Shown in pieces: positions 37,794 through 46,739 of a DNA stretch of 64,000 nucleotides (its first letter is position 1; every line of letters begins with the position of its first letter). A program made the translations under genes and the position numbers. The notes under the pieces are model-generated. The model was not told where the DNA came from. It saw nothing but the letters and a program-made list of their open reading frames with translations, and made no database searches. The stretch covers positions 9,461-73,460 of the forward strand of contig JAAYHE010000081.1 in the NCBI GenBank assembly GCA_012735505.1, given 5' to 3'. Source of the stretch: Bacillota bacterium (GTDB lineage: Bacteria; Bacillota; UBA994; UBA5500).

Positions 37794-38528
37794 TTACGAT
37801 ATTAGCCAGCTCCAATACCAAAGCTTAATAGCTTCGCCCCAAAGGGCAGCCACATAGCCGGCAGCAGCGAGAAAGGGAGCAAAAGGTATAGGCGTTTTGC
37901 CATTGGCTCGCCTGGTGATCAACAAGAAGATAGCTACGGCCGCCCCAGAAATGCAAGCTAGAATTAGGGCTAAAGGCAGGCGCTCGAGTCCGAGCGCTAG
38001 GCCTAACAAGCTTGCTAAGCGCACGTCTCCCCCACCCAGGCCGCCCCGGCTGACGACATAAATCACATAAAATAAGCCACAGCCCAGCACACCGCCCAAA
38101 AGCCAGTTGCTTATAGCTTGTCGGGTAAATAGGTTATAAGCAGTCACCCAAAGCATGCCACCGACGACTAGCTCGGTCGGTATCAACATGGTGCTAAGAT
38201 CGATAAAGCCGATCACGATATACAGAGCTGTCAAGCCCCCATAGTAGACCAAATCTAAGGACCAGCCAAAACGCAGGTAAACTAGGGTCAGTAATATGGC
38301 CGTTAATAGTTCTACCAGCGGGTAACGCCAGGAGATGGCGGCCGCACAATGGCGACAGCGACCCCGCTGCCACAGGAAGCTGATCAAGGGGATTAGCTCG
38401 AGAGGCCCTAATCGCTGTTGGCAATGAGGGCAGTGAGAAGGCGGATAGGCGACCGATTCCTGCCGGGGGATACGATAGATGCAGACGTTGAGAAAGGAGC
38501 CGACGAGCAAGGCCGAGGTAAAAACCAT
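37794..38528 (-). CDS. pilD: Prepilin peptidase (A24 family)
   Basis: SALLVGSFLNVCIYRIP.., CPHCQQ..CRHC zinc tetrad, multiple TM helices. Confidence 0.8.
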   Translation of the reverse strand: MVFTSALLVGSFLNVCIYRIPRQESVAYPPSHCPHCQQRLGPLELIPLISFLWQRGRCRHCAAAISWRYPLVELLTAILLTLVYLRFGWSLDLVYYGGLTALYIVIGFIDLSTMLIPTELVVGGMLWVTAYNLFTRQAISNWLLGGVLGCGLFYVIYVVSRGGLGGGDVRLASLLGLALGLERLPLALILACISGAAVAIFLLITRRANGKTPIPFAPFLAAAGYVAALWGEAIKLWYWSWLIS

Positions 38529-38559
38529 ATAGACCTCTTTCACTTTTTGGCCTACCCGC

Positions 38560-38988
38560 CTATGGGTTGATAGGTTCTTGCTCAGGCAAGGTATTCTCAC
38601 CTTTCTGCACATAAAGTTTGCCTTGCTTGTTTACATACCAATCAGCGTCTTTGAATGTGGCAGAAATTAGATCTGGCCATTTTTCATCCCAGTAATCGGA
38701 AAACTTAATCTCCCCTTGGGTAACGAGGCTTGTACCAGTAATTTTGCTGGGTTGGCTCACTGTATTAGGCGCTTTCATCGAACTAGCGAGTGCATCTATC
38801 CCTCCCACTTCTGCCAGAAAGGCGTTAAAAGCTGATTGGACAGTTGCAATGGTCGCTAAATCGGCTCCTACCCGCGACCTTTCCATCACCTTTGTGTACT
38901 GGGGAATGCCTATCCCTGCTAGAATCGCTAAAATACCCAACACCGTCAAGAGTTCTACTAGCGTAAAACCTTTGGCGTTCACCTTCAC
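38560..38988 (-). CDS. pilA: Type IV major pilin
   Basis: MKVNAKGFTLVELLTVLGILAILAGIGIP is a canonical type IVa prepilin leader plus hydrophobic helix. Confidence 0.75.
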   Translation of the reverse strand: MKVNAKGFTLVELLTVLGILAILAGIGIPQYTKVMERSRVGADLATIATVQSAFNAFLAEVGGIDALASSMKAPNTVSQPSKITGTSLVTQGEIKFSDYWDEKWPDLISATFKDADWYVNKQGKLYVQKGENTLPEQEPINP

Positions 38989-39004
38989 TTTTTCGCCCTC
39001 CTTT

Positions 39005-40243
39005 CTAGAATTGCACGATATTCACCATCTGCATCATTGGTAGCGCAATAGCAAGAGCGATCAAGCCAGCAATCAGGGCCACGACCAAGATGACTATCGG
39101 CTCTATCAGCCTAGTCAGTTGTTCGGCCATAGAGTTCAAATCAGCGTCGTAAAAGTCGGCCACTTGCCTGAGCATGATATCGAGGGAGCCGCTGCTTTCG
39201 CCGACACGGACCATGTGGGTGACAAGGGGCGGGAAAAGGCCGGTTTGCTCCAATGCGCTGGCTAAGCGGCTCCCCTGACCGATGGCAGCAGCAGCTTGTC
39301 GCATTGCCTGGGTAAAAACGCTGTTGTCTACAGCTTGTTCGGCCAGCTGGAGCGAGGTAACTACGTTGACACCGCTATGCGTCAGCGCCCCTAGAGTACG
39401 ACAAAAGCGAGCAATAGCGTTGAGGCTAAGCATTTGGCCAAAAAAGGGCAGGCGTAGGGCTAGCCTGTCGAGCGTGGCCCTACCACGGGGAGTGGAGCGC
39501 CAATACCGCCAGGCTAATAGGAAAATAGCGATAGCCGTGAACACTATCCAACCCCAGTCTACGAGCCAATCGCTCCCAGCCAGCATGAAGCGAGTGATGG
39601 CGGGCAACTCCATATCGAAGCTGGCGAAGATGCTGGCAAAGCTCGGCAATACAGTGGCCAATAGAAACCAGGTAATACCCAAGGCGATAATGGCCACAAA
39701 TTTGGGATATGTAAGCGCACTTCTTACCTTTCGCCCTAGCTGATATTCCCGTTGAAAATAGGCTGCTGCCTGGGATAGGGCATCGTCTAGATGCCCGCCC
39801 GCTTCGCCTGCTGACACCAGATTAGTGAATATAGCTGGGAAAGCAGGGTCAGCACGCATGGCTATTGCTAGACTGGCACCGCTGGCCAAGCGCTCCTCAA
39901 GCCTCCGGATAGCTTCAACCAAGGGCCGCGCTAAGCCTTGCTGTTGGCGGATTGCCATTAATGCCGACAAGATCGGGATGCCAGCCGCGTAAAGCACGCC
40001 CAACTGACGGGCAAAAAGAGCTAGGTCTCTCGGTCTAATCCCTTGTGGCCCTAGTCGGGCCAAGCTTAAGTCTTTCAAACTAACGTCGCGGTTTAGCTTG
40101 AGGTCGGTAATAAAGTAGCCGCGGCGAGTCAACTCTTGTATGGCTGCCTGCTCCGAATCAGCCTGTAGGTGCCCGCGGACGGGCTCGCCGTGACTGTTAC
40201 GACCTTGATATTTATACTCTGGCATGCCCTCAGCCCCTATCAC
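39005..40243 (-). CDS. pilC: Type IV pilus platform protein PilC (GspF family)
   Basis: 412 aa with two GspF repeats and 3 TM segments. Confidence 0.85.
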   Translation of the reverse strand: MIGAEGMPEYKYQGRNSHGEPVRGHLQADSEQAAIQELTRRGYFITDLKLNRDVSLKDLSLARLGPQGIRPRDLALFARQLGVLYAAGIPILSALMAIRQQQGLARPLVEAIRRLEERLASGASLAIAMRADPAFPAIFTNLVSAGEAGGHLDDALSQAAAYFQREYQLGRKVRSALTYPKFVAIIALGITWFLLATVLPSFASIFASFDMELPAITRFMLAGSDWLVDWGWIVFTAIAIFLLAWRYWRSTPRGRATLDRLALRLPFFGQMLSLNAIARFCRTLGALTHSGVNVVTSLQLAEQAVDNSVFTQAMRQAAAAIGQGSRLASALEQTGLFPPLVTHMVRVGESSGSLDIMLRQVADFYDADLNSMAEQLTRLIEPIVILVVALIAGLIALAIALPMMQMVNIVQF

Positions 40244-41303
40244 TGCCTAACAGGCCGCTAAGCAAAGCTGACTCGGGAGAATACGCATCCAACTGGTCGC
40301 CGCTAATTAGCCCCCGCTGATAGAGCTGCAATAAAGCTTGTTCCATAGTCTGCATCCCTAACTGCTTCCCTGTCTGCATCAAGGAAGGAATTTGATGTGC
40401 CTTCCGCTCACGAATCAGGTTGCGAATGGCAGGGGTAACGAGCAAGACTTCGGCAGCAGCTACGCGGCCCGCTTGGTCAGCCCGGGGCAACAGTTGCTGC
40501 CAAATAACAGCCTGCAGCACCGACGCTAACTGGCTACGAATTTGCGGCTGTTGATGCGGGGGAAAAATATCAAGGATGCGATCTATTGTCTGCGCCGCTC
40601 CAGGTGTATGTAGGCTAGCTAAGACTAAATGTCCGGTTTCGGCAGCACTGACGGCTGCCGCTGTAGTCTCCAAATCACGCATTTCGCCAATTAAAATCAC
40701 ATCAGGGTCCTGACGCAAGGCTGCCCGCAAACCGCTAGCGAAACTTTCGGTATCGGCGCCCACTTCCCGCTGATTGACTAGCGATAGTTTGTGGTGATAC
40801 AAAAACTCGATGGGATCTTCAATAGTCAAAATATGGGTAGCCCTTTCGCTGTTAATCTTGTCAATCATAGCCGCCAGAGTAGTAGACTTGCCACTGCCCG
40901 TAGGGCCTGTTACCAAAATGAGACCCTGACGGCGTTGGGTCAACTCGGCCACGATGGGCGGCAACCCTAACTGGTCAAGCTTAGGCACCAGCTGGGGAAT
41001 GAGGCGACAAGCAATGCTGATGCTTCCCTGCTGGCGAAAGGCATTGATTCGAAAGCGGCCTAAGCCAGTCAAGCTACAAGCAAAATCCACTTCGCCACGC
41101 TCCTGCAGGATAGCTGCTTGCAGGTTTGAAGCTACCTCAGCGAGCATTGCCGCCGTATCAGCCGCAGATAAGGGGGTTAAGTCTAGCTGTACCAAATCGC
41201 CGTGGAGGCGTAGAACCGGGGGGCGGCCGACGGTAAGGTGTAAATCCGAGGCCCCCTTTTCCCTAGCTAACTGCAGCAAATCCAACAAGCAAGCCATCCC
41301 CAT
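40230..41303 (-). CDS. pilT: Twitching-motility retraction ATPase PilT
   Basis: ASDLHLTVG, Walker A GPTGSGKST, Asp box and His box. Confidence 0.85.
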   Translation of the reverse strand: MGMACLLDLLQLAREKGASDLHLTVGRPPVLRLHGDLVQLDLTPLSAADTAAMLAEVASNLQAAILQERGEVDFACSLTGLGRFRINAFRQQGSISIACRLIPQLVPKLDQLGLPPIVAELTQRRQGLILVTGPTGSGKSTTLAAMIDKINSERATHILTIEDPIEFLYHHKLSLVNQREVGADTESFASGLRAALRQDPDVILIGEMRDLETTAAAVSAAETGHLVLASLHTPGAAQTIDRILDIFPPHQQPQIRSQLASVLQAVIWQQLLPRADQAGRVAAAEVLLVTPAIRNLIRERKAHQIPSLMQTGKQLGMQTMEQALLQLYQRGLISGDQLDAYSPESALLSGLLGSDRG

Positions 41304-41313
41304 GCTCTCTCCT

Positions 41314-42981
41314 TCAACATTGATATGTAACCCTTAACACTTCAGCCACGCTGGTGACACCCTGCTTGATCTTGGCTAGAGCTTCCCGTTTTAAAGGAAT
41401 CATTCCAGCCGCTAAAGCTGCCTGGCGCAGCTTACCTACCGGCACTCGCTGCGTCACTAGCTCACGTAGCTCATCACCAACCGGCATTATTTCAAAGATA
41501 CCTACCCGGCCTTTATAACCTGTTTGGTGGCAACGGGCGCAACCGACAGCCTCAAAAGCGAACAAAGGTTCCGCCATAGCTAGCCCCAAAGCCACCATTT
41601 CCGGCGAATGAGGGGCGTAAACTACTTCACGAGCGCAATGAGCGCACAGACGTCGGACTAGCCGCTGAGCAACCACCCCGATTAAGGAGGAAGCCACCAA
41701 AAAGGAAGGTACGCCCATATCAAGTAGGCGAGTAATGGCGGCAGGAGCATCGTTCGTATGTAAGGAAGTCAAAACTAAGTGCCCCGTCAGGGCAGCCCGC
41801 ACAGCGATGTCCGCCGTTTCCTGATCGCGGGTTTCACCAACTATAATCACATCCGGATCTTGACGGATGACTGAGCGCAACACCTGGGCAAACCCTAAAC
41901 CTATTTTCTGGTTCACTTGCACATGATTAACTCCGGCAGTCTTGTACTCCACCGGGTCTTCAATGCTAATGATGTTTTTCGTCTGATCATTAAGTTCTTG
42001 CAGCATCACCTGCAAGGTAGTGGTTTTGCCACTACCTGTCGGGCCACAGACGATAATCAAACCATAGGCCCGCCGCAGCATCTGCTGAAAGGTATGCTGC
42101 TGGTCTTGGGCTAGCCCGATGTCAGCTAGGGTGAGCAAGCGCCGCTCTGGATCAAAAAGGCGAATGGCTACCTTCTCGCCATAGACAGTGGGTAAGGTAG
42201 AAATACGCAAATCTAGCCATCCGCTTGCATGTGCATACCGAATGGCTCCATCCAAGGGTATACGCCGTTCAGAAATATCCATACCAGCTAGCACCTTTAC
42301 GCGCGTGACTATGCCGGCGTGCACATCCTTGTCTAACCTATTAACTTCCTGCAAAACTCCATCGATGCGATAGCGAATACGCAAGAAATCAGCTTGTGGC
42401 TCGATATGTATGTCACTGGCATGGTCGGCGATAGCTTGATCAATCAGCATGTCTACCAGGCGAACGATCGGCGCATCATCACTCACAGATGTAGGTGTTG
42501 CCGCTTGCTGCGCTGCTGGTAATGCAGGTTCGTAGCTCCGAGGTGCAGGATATTCACCCCGAATGTAAACCCGCTCGATAGCCCGCTGAATGTCGCTAGC
42601 TGTCATGAGGACGAGCTCGATCTGCAAACCTGTCAGGAAAGACAGGTCATCAACCACCAGCACGTTGAGAGGGTCAGCGCTAGCAATGGTGAGCACCGAA
42701 TCCATTACTCTAACGGGTACTACTTGGTAACGCCTGGCCACTTGTTCTGGAATTAAATTGACGGCATCAGCTTGAAAGGAAATTTCCTGCAGGGTAAGAA
42801 AGGGTAAGTCAAATTGGCGAGCCAGCGCTTGGGTCATTTCTGTTGGAGTGACTAAGCCGGTCTCTAGCAGATAGTCTCCCAAACGTTGGTGGGGCTCCAT
42901 AGTAGCCATGGCTTGCTGTAAAACAACAGGAGTAATGGCGCCCATGTCGAGCAAAATGTCGCTTAGTTTCGGTCTGGGCAA
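41314..42981 (-). CDS. pilB: Type IV pilus extension ATPase PilB (GspE family)
   Basis: 555 aa. N1/N2 GSPII domains, GPTGSGKTTT, and a CxxC...CxxC tetracysteine. Confidence 0.85.
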   Translation of the reverse strand: MPRPKLSDILLDMGAITPVVLQQAMATMEPHQRLGDYLLETGLVTPTEMTQALARQFDLPFLTLQEISFQADAVNLIPEQVARRYQVVPVRVMDSVLTIASADPLNVLVVDDLSFLTGLQIELVLMTASDIQRAIERVYIRGEYPAPRSYEPALPAAQQAATPTSVSDDAPIVRLVDMLIDQAIADHASDIHIEPQADFLRIRYRIDGVLQEVNRLDKDVHAGIVTRVKVLAGMDISERRIPLDGAIRYAHASGWLDLRISTLPTVYGEKVAIRLFDPERRLLTLADIGLAQDQQHTFQQMLRRAYGLIIVCGPTGSGKTTTLQVMLQELNDQTKNIISIEDPVEYKTAGVNHVQVNQKIGLGFAQVLRSVIRQDPDVIIVGETRDQETADIAVRAALTGHLVLTSLHTNDAPAAITRLLDMGVPSFLVASSLIGVVAQRLVRRLCAHCAREVVYAPHSPEMVALGLAMAEPLFAFEAVGCARCHQTGYKGRVGIFEIMPVGDELRELVTQRVPVGKLRQAALAAGMIPLKREALAKIKQGVTSVAEVLRVTYQC

Positions 42982-43104
42982 GGCCAGCTATCCCCCTTAA
43001 CAATGAAAATAGTCGTGGCAACACATCCATATATTTGCCATTCGATATCAAAATCCTCTTTTTTGACAAGGTTTTCTGAACATCTACTCCATTCTACAAA
43101 TAAT

Positions 43105-43144
43105 GCAAAATAAAAACTAGGGAAGCCTGGTCTCAGGCCTCCCT
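43105..43144 (-). terminator. Rho-independent terminator between the small-protein gene and the pil operon
   Basis: GGGAGGCCUGAGACCAGGCUUCCC followed by UAGUUUUUAUUUUG on the minus strand. Confidence 0.5.
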
Positions 43145-43146
43145 CG

Positions 43147-43335
43147 TCAGGGTTCGAAGTAAAAATGAATATATAAGCGGCTACCCACTCGGGACAATGC
43201 TACATCACACAAGTGCTTTTGAGCTACAGTAGTATCGGTCCGCCTCAGGGTTTGCACGGCTTCTCGCATAGCCGGTAACAAACGCCCCTGCTGTTGGTAG
43301 CTGGTTAACTCTACTACACGCACTATATCCCCCAT
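43147..43335 (-). CDS. Small hypothetical protein (62 aa)
   Basis: Strong RBS GAAGGAGGG 6 nt before ATG; no recognisable family. Confidence 0.35.
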   Translation of the reverse strand: MGDIVRVVELTSYQQQGRLLPAMREAVQTLRRTDTTVAQKHLCDVALSRVGSRLYIHFYFEP

Positions 43336-43406
43336 GATCACCCTCCTTCTTTAGCTATCGTAGCCAAAAAAGGAAAAAACATAACCGGGGGTAAAACAAA
43401 AGCCTT

Positions 43407-43907
43407 TTACGGGGCTTGCCGTTGCAGGCGGCGCAGAACCAATCGCTCTAGACGACGCATCAAGCGTGTGCCAATGAATTCCCGCTGGCTGAGTGGTACA
43501 ACTAGTATGGTAAACAGACCGACCCGATTACCCCCCAAGACATCTGTAAAGATCTGGTCACCTACCAGGGCAACTTGAGCTGCCGGCAGCTTTAGCTCCC
43601 TCAGTGCCCGCAAGAATGCCTTTTTGCGAGGTTTGGCAGCTCTGCCAATACCCTCTAGACCCAGTAGTTTGGCAAAATGGGCGAAACGCTTGGGCACAGC
43701 ATTAGAGATCAAATATAGGGTAAAGCCTGCCGCCCGTGCCTGTTCTATCCAGGCTAGCAGCTCTGGATTGGCTTGATCCGATTCCCAGGGGACCAGGGTA
43801 TTATCTAGGTCGGAACAGATAGCTTTTATCCCTTGACTCCGCAGGTAGTCAAAGTCAATTTTATGTATACTTTCAACATATAAATCTGGCTGCAAGAGTT
43901 TCAGCAT
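43407..43907 (-). CDS. yqeG: YqeG-family HAD phosphatase
   Basis: MLKLLQPDLYVESIHKIDF..GIKAICSDLDNTLV matches the YqeG/TIGR01668 N-terminus. Start has RBS GAGGTGA and an upstream TTGCCA-18-TATAAT promoter. The 40-aa ORF-track extension is rejected. Confidence 0.75.
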   Translation of the reverse strand: MLKLLQPDLYVESIHKIDFDYLRSQGIKAICSDLDNTLVPWESDQANPELLAWIEQARAAGFTLYLISNAVPKRFAHFAKLLGLEGIGRAAKPRKKAFLRALRELKLPAAQVALVGDQIFTDVLGGNRVGLFTILVVPLSQREFIGTRLMRRLERLVLRRLQRQAP

Positions 43908-44305
43908 GCTCTCACCTCTTGCGCCATTATAGCACGGTATACAAAAAGCTGGCAAACTAACTAGGCAGATGAAAAGCCCGGGTGAGGACCCGTCAATTTG
44001 GTCGGTCTTAGTCATGCTCATGCGCAATCCCGCTTTCCCTATATGGGTATTCGGCGGCGGGCAACTGCTTGGGCCTAGGAGCGAGCTCCAACTGGCCTAT
44101 GCAACAATCCCAGGCCTGTCCGCAAGTATGGCGTTGCAGGTCATCCGTAAGGCATAGGGGCCATAATCAAAAGAGCTAAGGAGCTAAGGATCGGGAGCGG
44201 CTTCAATAAAAATCTGTGCTTCCAGACTTCGGGCCGCTCCCCTCGGCGATGAAGCTCTTACCCATAGGCGCTGGCTACCAGCCCGCGAAGACGACCGCAA
44301 CCAAA

Positions 44306-45094
44306 CTAACTCTCCTTTGGCCGCACGCCGTGCCCCTCTAGCCATTCTTGTTGCTCCGCCTCTAAAGCGCTGATAAGTTTTTCTATAGCCCGTTTCTCAA
44401 TACGTGACACATAAGAGCGAGAAATGTCTAGTTCTTTAGCGATCTCCCGTTGGGTGGCCCTCACCCCATCAATGAGACCATAGCGCAATTTAAGCACCAG
44501 GCGTTCCCGCTTTGTTAAAACATTAAGCAGCTCGGCCAGCTTCTTCTGCTCCAAGATTCTCTCTACTTTTTGTAAAACGTCGTCGTCATCTGCAGGCAAT
44601 GTGTCCATCAGCGTGATCTCGTTACCCTCTTTATCAACACCGATCGGTTCCTCTAAAGAAGTTTCTAGACGTAAGCGTCTTGTAGCCCGCAAGTACATCA
44701 ATATTTCATTATCTATACAACGAGCAGCATAGGTGGCTAACTTTGTGCCTCGATCACGATTATAGGTCTTTACTGCTTTCATCAGGCCAATGCTACCCAC
44801 ACTAATCAAATCTTCAGGGTCTTCGCCTGCCGTCTCATACTTTTTGGCGATATGCGCCACCAGACGAAGGTTATGCTCAATTAGCTTTTTTCGAGCCATG
44901 TCGTCTTGTTTTTGCTCCCACAAGTCCAGATAATAGGCCTCCTCAGCTTCCGACAGCGGCTGCGGAAACGAGTTGTTCTTCACATAGGAAACAAGTAGCT
45001 GTAGCTCCCGTAAGGCAAGTATAAAATGCGCCAACAACCCCAGCAAACCTGCCACCCCCCCCCCGAAAGCTCTGTATAAAGGTATATGCAGCAA
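44306..45094 (-). CDS. sigK: Sporulation sigma factor sigma-K (pro-sigma-K), uninterrupted
   Basis: LLVSYVKNNSFPQPLSEAEE..HNLRLVAHIAKKY..GTKLATYAARCIDNEILMYLRA..REIAKELDISRSYVSRIEKRA is near-identical in pattern to B. subtilis SigK, including the pro-sequence junction. The true start (TTG 45094 or a downstream GTG) is uncertain. Confidence 0.85.
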   Translation of the reverse strand: MLHIPLYRAFGGGVAGLLGLLAHFILALRELQLLVSYVKNNSFPQPLSEAEEAYYLDLWEQKQDDMARKKLIEHNLRLVAHIAKKYETAGEDPEDLISVGSIGLMKAVKTYNRDRGTKLATYAARCIDNEILMYLRATRRLRLETSLEEPIGVDKEGNEITLMDTLPADDDDVLQKVERILEQKKLAELLNVLTKRERLVLKLRYGLIDGVRATQREIAKELDISRSYVSRIEKRAIEKLISALEAEQQEWLEGHGVRPKES

Positions 45095-45132
45095 CTGCGA
45101 CAGAGATTCTCTTTGTTCTGGGCCAAAATAGC

Positions 45133-45161
45133 TTGACAGCGTCTGCAGCTGATGCTAAATT
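45133..45161 (+). promoter_or_regulatory. Sigma-A-type promoter for the trpB T-box leader
   Basis: TTGACA-17-TAAATT. Confidence 0.4.
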
Positions 45162-45164
45162 AGG

Positions 45165-45490
45165 AGCAATAAAAAAAGCGACTAAACCGATGATCGGGAA
45201 GAGTAAGCTAAAGGATACTGCTCAGCGAGCCGGGTGTGGTGCGATGCCGGCGCAGTTTACTCTAGCTGAATGGCCCCGGGAGGCCCAGACCCAACTGCTC
45301 CAGCTAGCTTAGTAGGTCGGGCGGCAGTCTACCGTTATCTGAGACAGGGTATTCGCTTCTTTTCGTCTAAAGGAACCGTACCTGAACAATATGAGATGGC
45401 TGGGAGTTTGTTTCCCAGTCAAAAAGGGTGGTACCGCGAAACAAGGCCTTTCGCCCCTTTGCCGGGGGTGAAGGGCCTTCTTGTTTCACT
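45165..45490 (+). ncRNA. T-box riboswitch leader (tRNA-Trp inferred from the downstream gene)
   Basis: T-box AAAAAGGGUGGUACCGCGAAAC at 45421-45442. Terminator AAGGCCUUUCGCCCC / GGGGGUGAAGGGCCUU followed by a U-rich run at 45443-45490. UGG at 45271-45273 in the context GAAUGGC. Confidence 0.7.
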
Positions 45491-45517
45491 CCCATAATAA
45501 GAAGGGAGGCGATAAGA

Positions 45518-46696
45518 ATGTTGCAACCGACAACTACAGGCTTTTTTGGTGAATTTGGAGGTCGCTTTGTGCCCCCAGTTTTAGAGGAGGCCCTTGCCGA
45601 ATTGGAGAGAGCCTTTAACTATTGGCAGGCAGACCCCAGCTTCCAAGCCGAGTTAAGAAGCATGCTACGCGATTATGTAGGACGCCCCACTCCCCTTTAC
45701 TTTGCCCACCGACTGACGGCTGCTCTGGGTGGTGCTCGCATTTACCTGAAAAGGGAAGACCTAAACCATACGGGCGCACACAAGATCAATAATAGCTTGG
45801 GGCAAGCCCTCTTAGCACAACGCATGGGCAAACGGCGGGTCATTGCAGAAACTGGAGCCGGACAACACGGTGTAGCGACAGCTACCGCTTGTGCTTTGCT
45901 CGGTTTAGAAGCTGTCGTCTATATGGGTGAGGTAGATATGCAACGACAAGCCCCCAACGTCGCTCGGATGCAGCTCTTGGGGGCGCAGGTAAGCCCGGTT
46001 ACTAAGGGTGCCGGTACACTCAAAGACGCTGTTGATGCAGCCCTGGTAGACTATGCTAATAACGCAGATTCAACCTTCTATCTCTTAGGCTCGGCTGTAG
46101 GCCCGCACCCTTACCCCTTGATGGTACGAGAATTTCAGTCTGTTATCGGTCAGGAAGTACGTCAACAAATCATGGAATCAGCAGGTAGGTTGCCAGACTA
46201 TCTAGTCGCATGCGTAGGAGGCGGTTCTAACGCCATCGGGTTATTCGCACCCTTCTATGCTGACACGGGAGTCCGTATGGTGGGAGTCGAGGCGGGAGGT
46301 AAAGGTTTGGCCTCGGGGAAGCATGCAGCCGCACTAACAGGTGGAACTGTAGGAGTAATACATGGTTTTTGCGCTTACGCCAAACGCGATGCTAACGGTG
46401 AAATAGCACCTACTTATTCTATTGCTGCTGGGCTAGATTATCCTGGCGTCGGACCGGAGCATTGCTTTTATAAAGATACGGGTCGGGCCAGCTATACAAC
46501 CGTCACCGACACAGAAGCATTGCAGGCTCTGCAATTATTGGCACGATTAGAAGGCATTATTCCTGCCCTCGAGAGCTCTCATGCTCTTGCTTATGCCTGC
46601 AAATTGGCTCCTACACTCAGCCCAGAGCAGATTATCGTAGTCAATCTGTCGGGGCGCGGCGATAAAGACCTGGAATCGCTGCAGCAATTTCTCTAG
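45518..46696 (+). CDS. trpB: Tryptophan synthase beta chain (stand-alone)
   Basis: [10 protein letters not shown].., and HTGAHKINN (the PLP lysine in HK). RBS GAAGGGAGG before ATG 45518. No trpA adjacent. Confidence 0.85.
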   Translation: MLQPTTTGFFGEFGGRFVPPVLEEALAELERAFNYWQADPSFQAELRSMLRDYVGRPTPLYFAHRLTAALGGARIYLKREDLNHTGAHKINNSLGQALLAQRMGKRRVIAETGAGQHGVATATACALLGLEAVVYMGEVDMQRQAPNVARMQLLGAQVSPVTKGAGTLKDAVDAALVDYANNADSTFYLLGSAVGPHPYPLMVREFQSVIGQEVRQQIMESAGRLPDYLVACVGGGSNAIGLFAPFYADTGVRMVGVEAGGKGLASGKHAAALTGGTVGVIHGFCAYAKRDANGEIAPTYSIAAGLDYPGVGPEHCFYKDTGRASYTTVTDTEALQALQLLARLEGIIPALESSHALAYACKLAPTLSPEQIIVVNLSGRGDKDLESLQQFL

Positions 46697-46739
46697 ATCC
46701 GGTGAAACTAGGGTTTAAGAGGCCGATCTACCTTCCAGC

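Noticed and set aside
44027-44028. N-terminal extensions in the ORF track for yqeG, asp23 (to 4113), aroQ (to 29375), mltG (to 52197), ruvX (to 53202), spoIIIAC (to 7932), DUF3810 (to 47909), rex and the HndB-like protein (to 24727)
   Set aside because: In each case a strong RBS and the family-typical N-terminus occur at an internal start. The extensions run through promoter or terminator sequence.
44173-44188. Tandem 8-mer GAGCTAAG x2, checked as a possible CRISPR or repeat array
   Set aside because: Only two copies with no spacers. No repeat-spacer architecture anywhere in the window and no cas genes.
44306-45094. Searched for a skin-like prophage or recombinase interrupting sigK, and for any transposase or integrase in the window
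   Set aside because: sigK is continuous and no mobile-element ORFs were found.
45095-45250. Sigma-E / SpoIIID-type promoter for sigK
   Set aside because: CATATACC resembles a sigma-E -10 box but lies inside the possible coding start and no convincing -35 box was found. Left unannotated.
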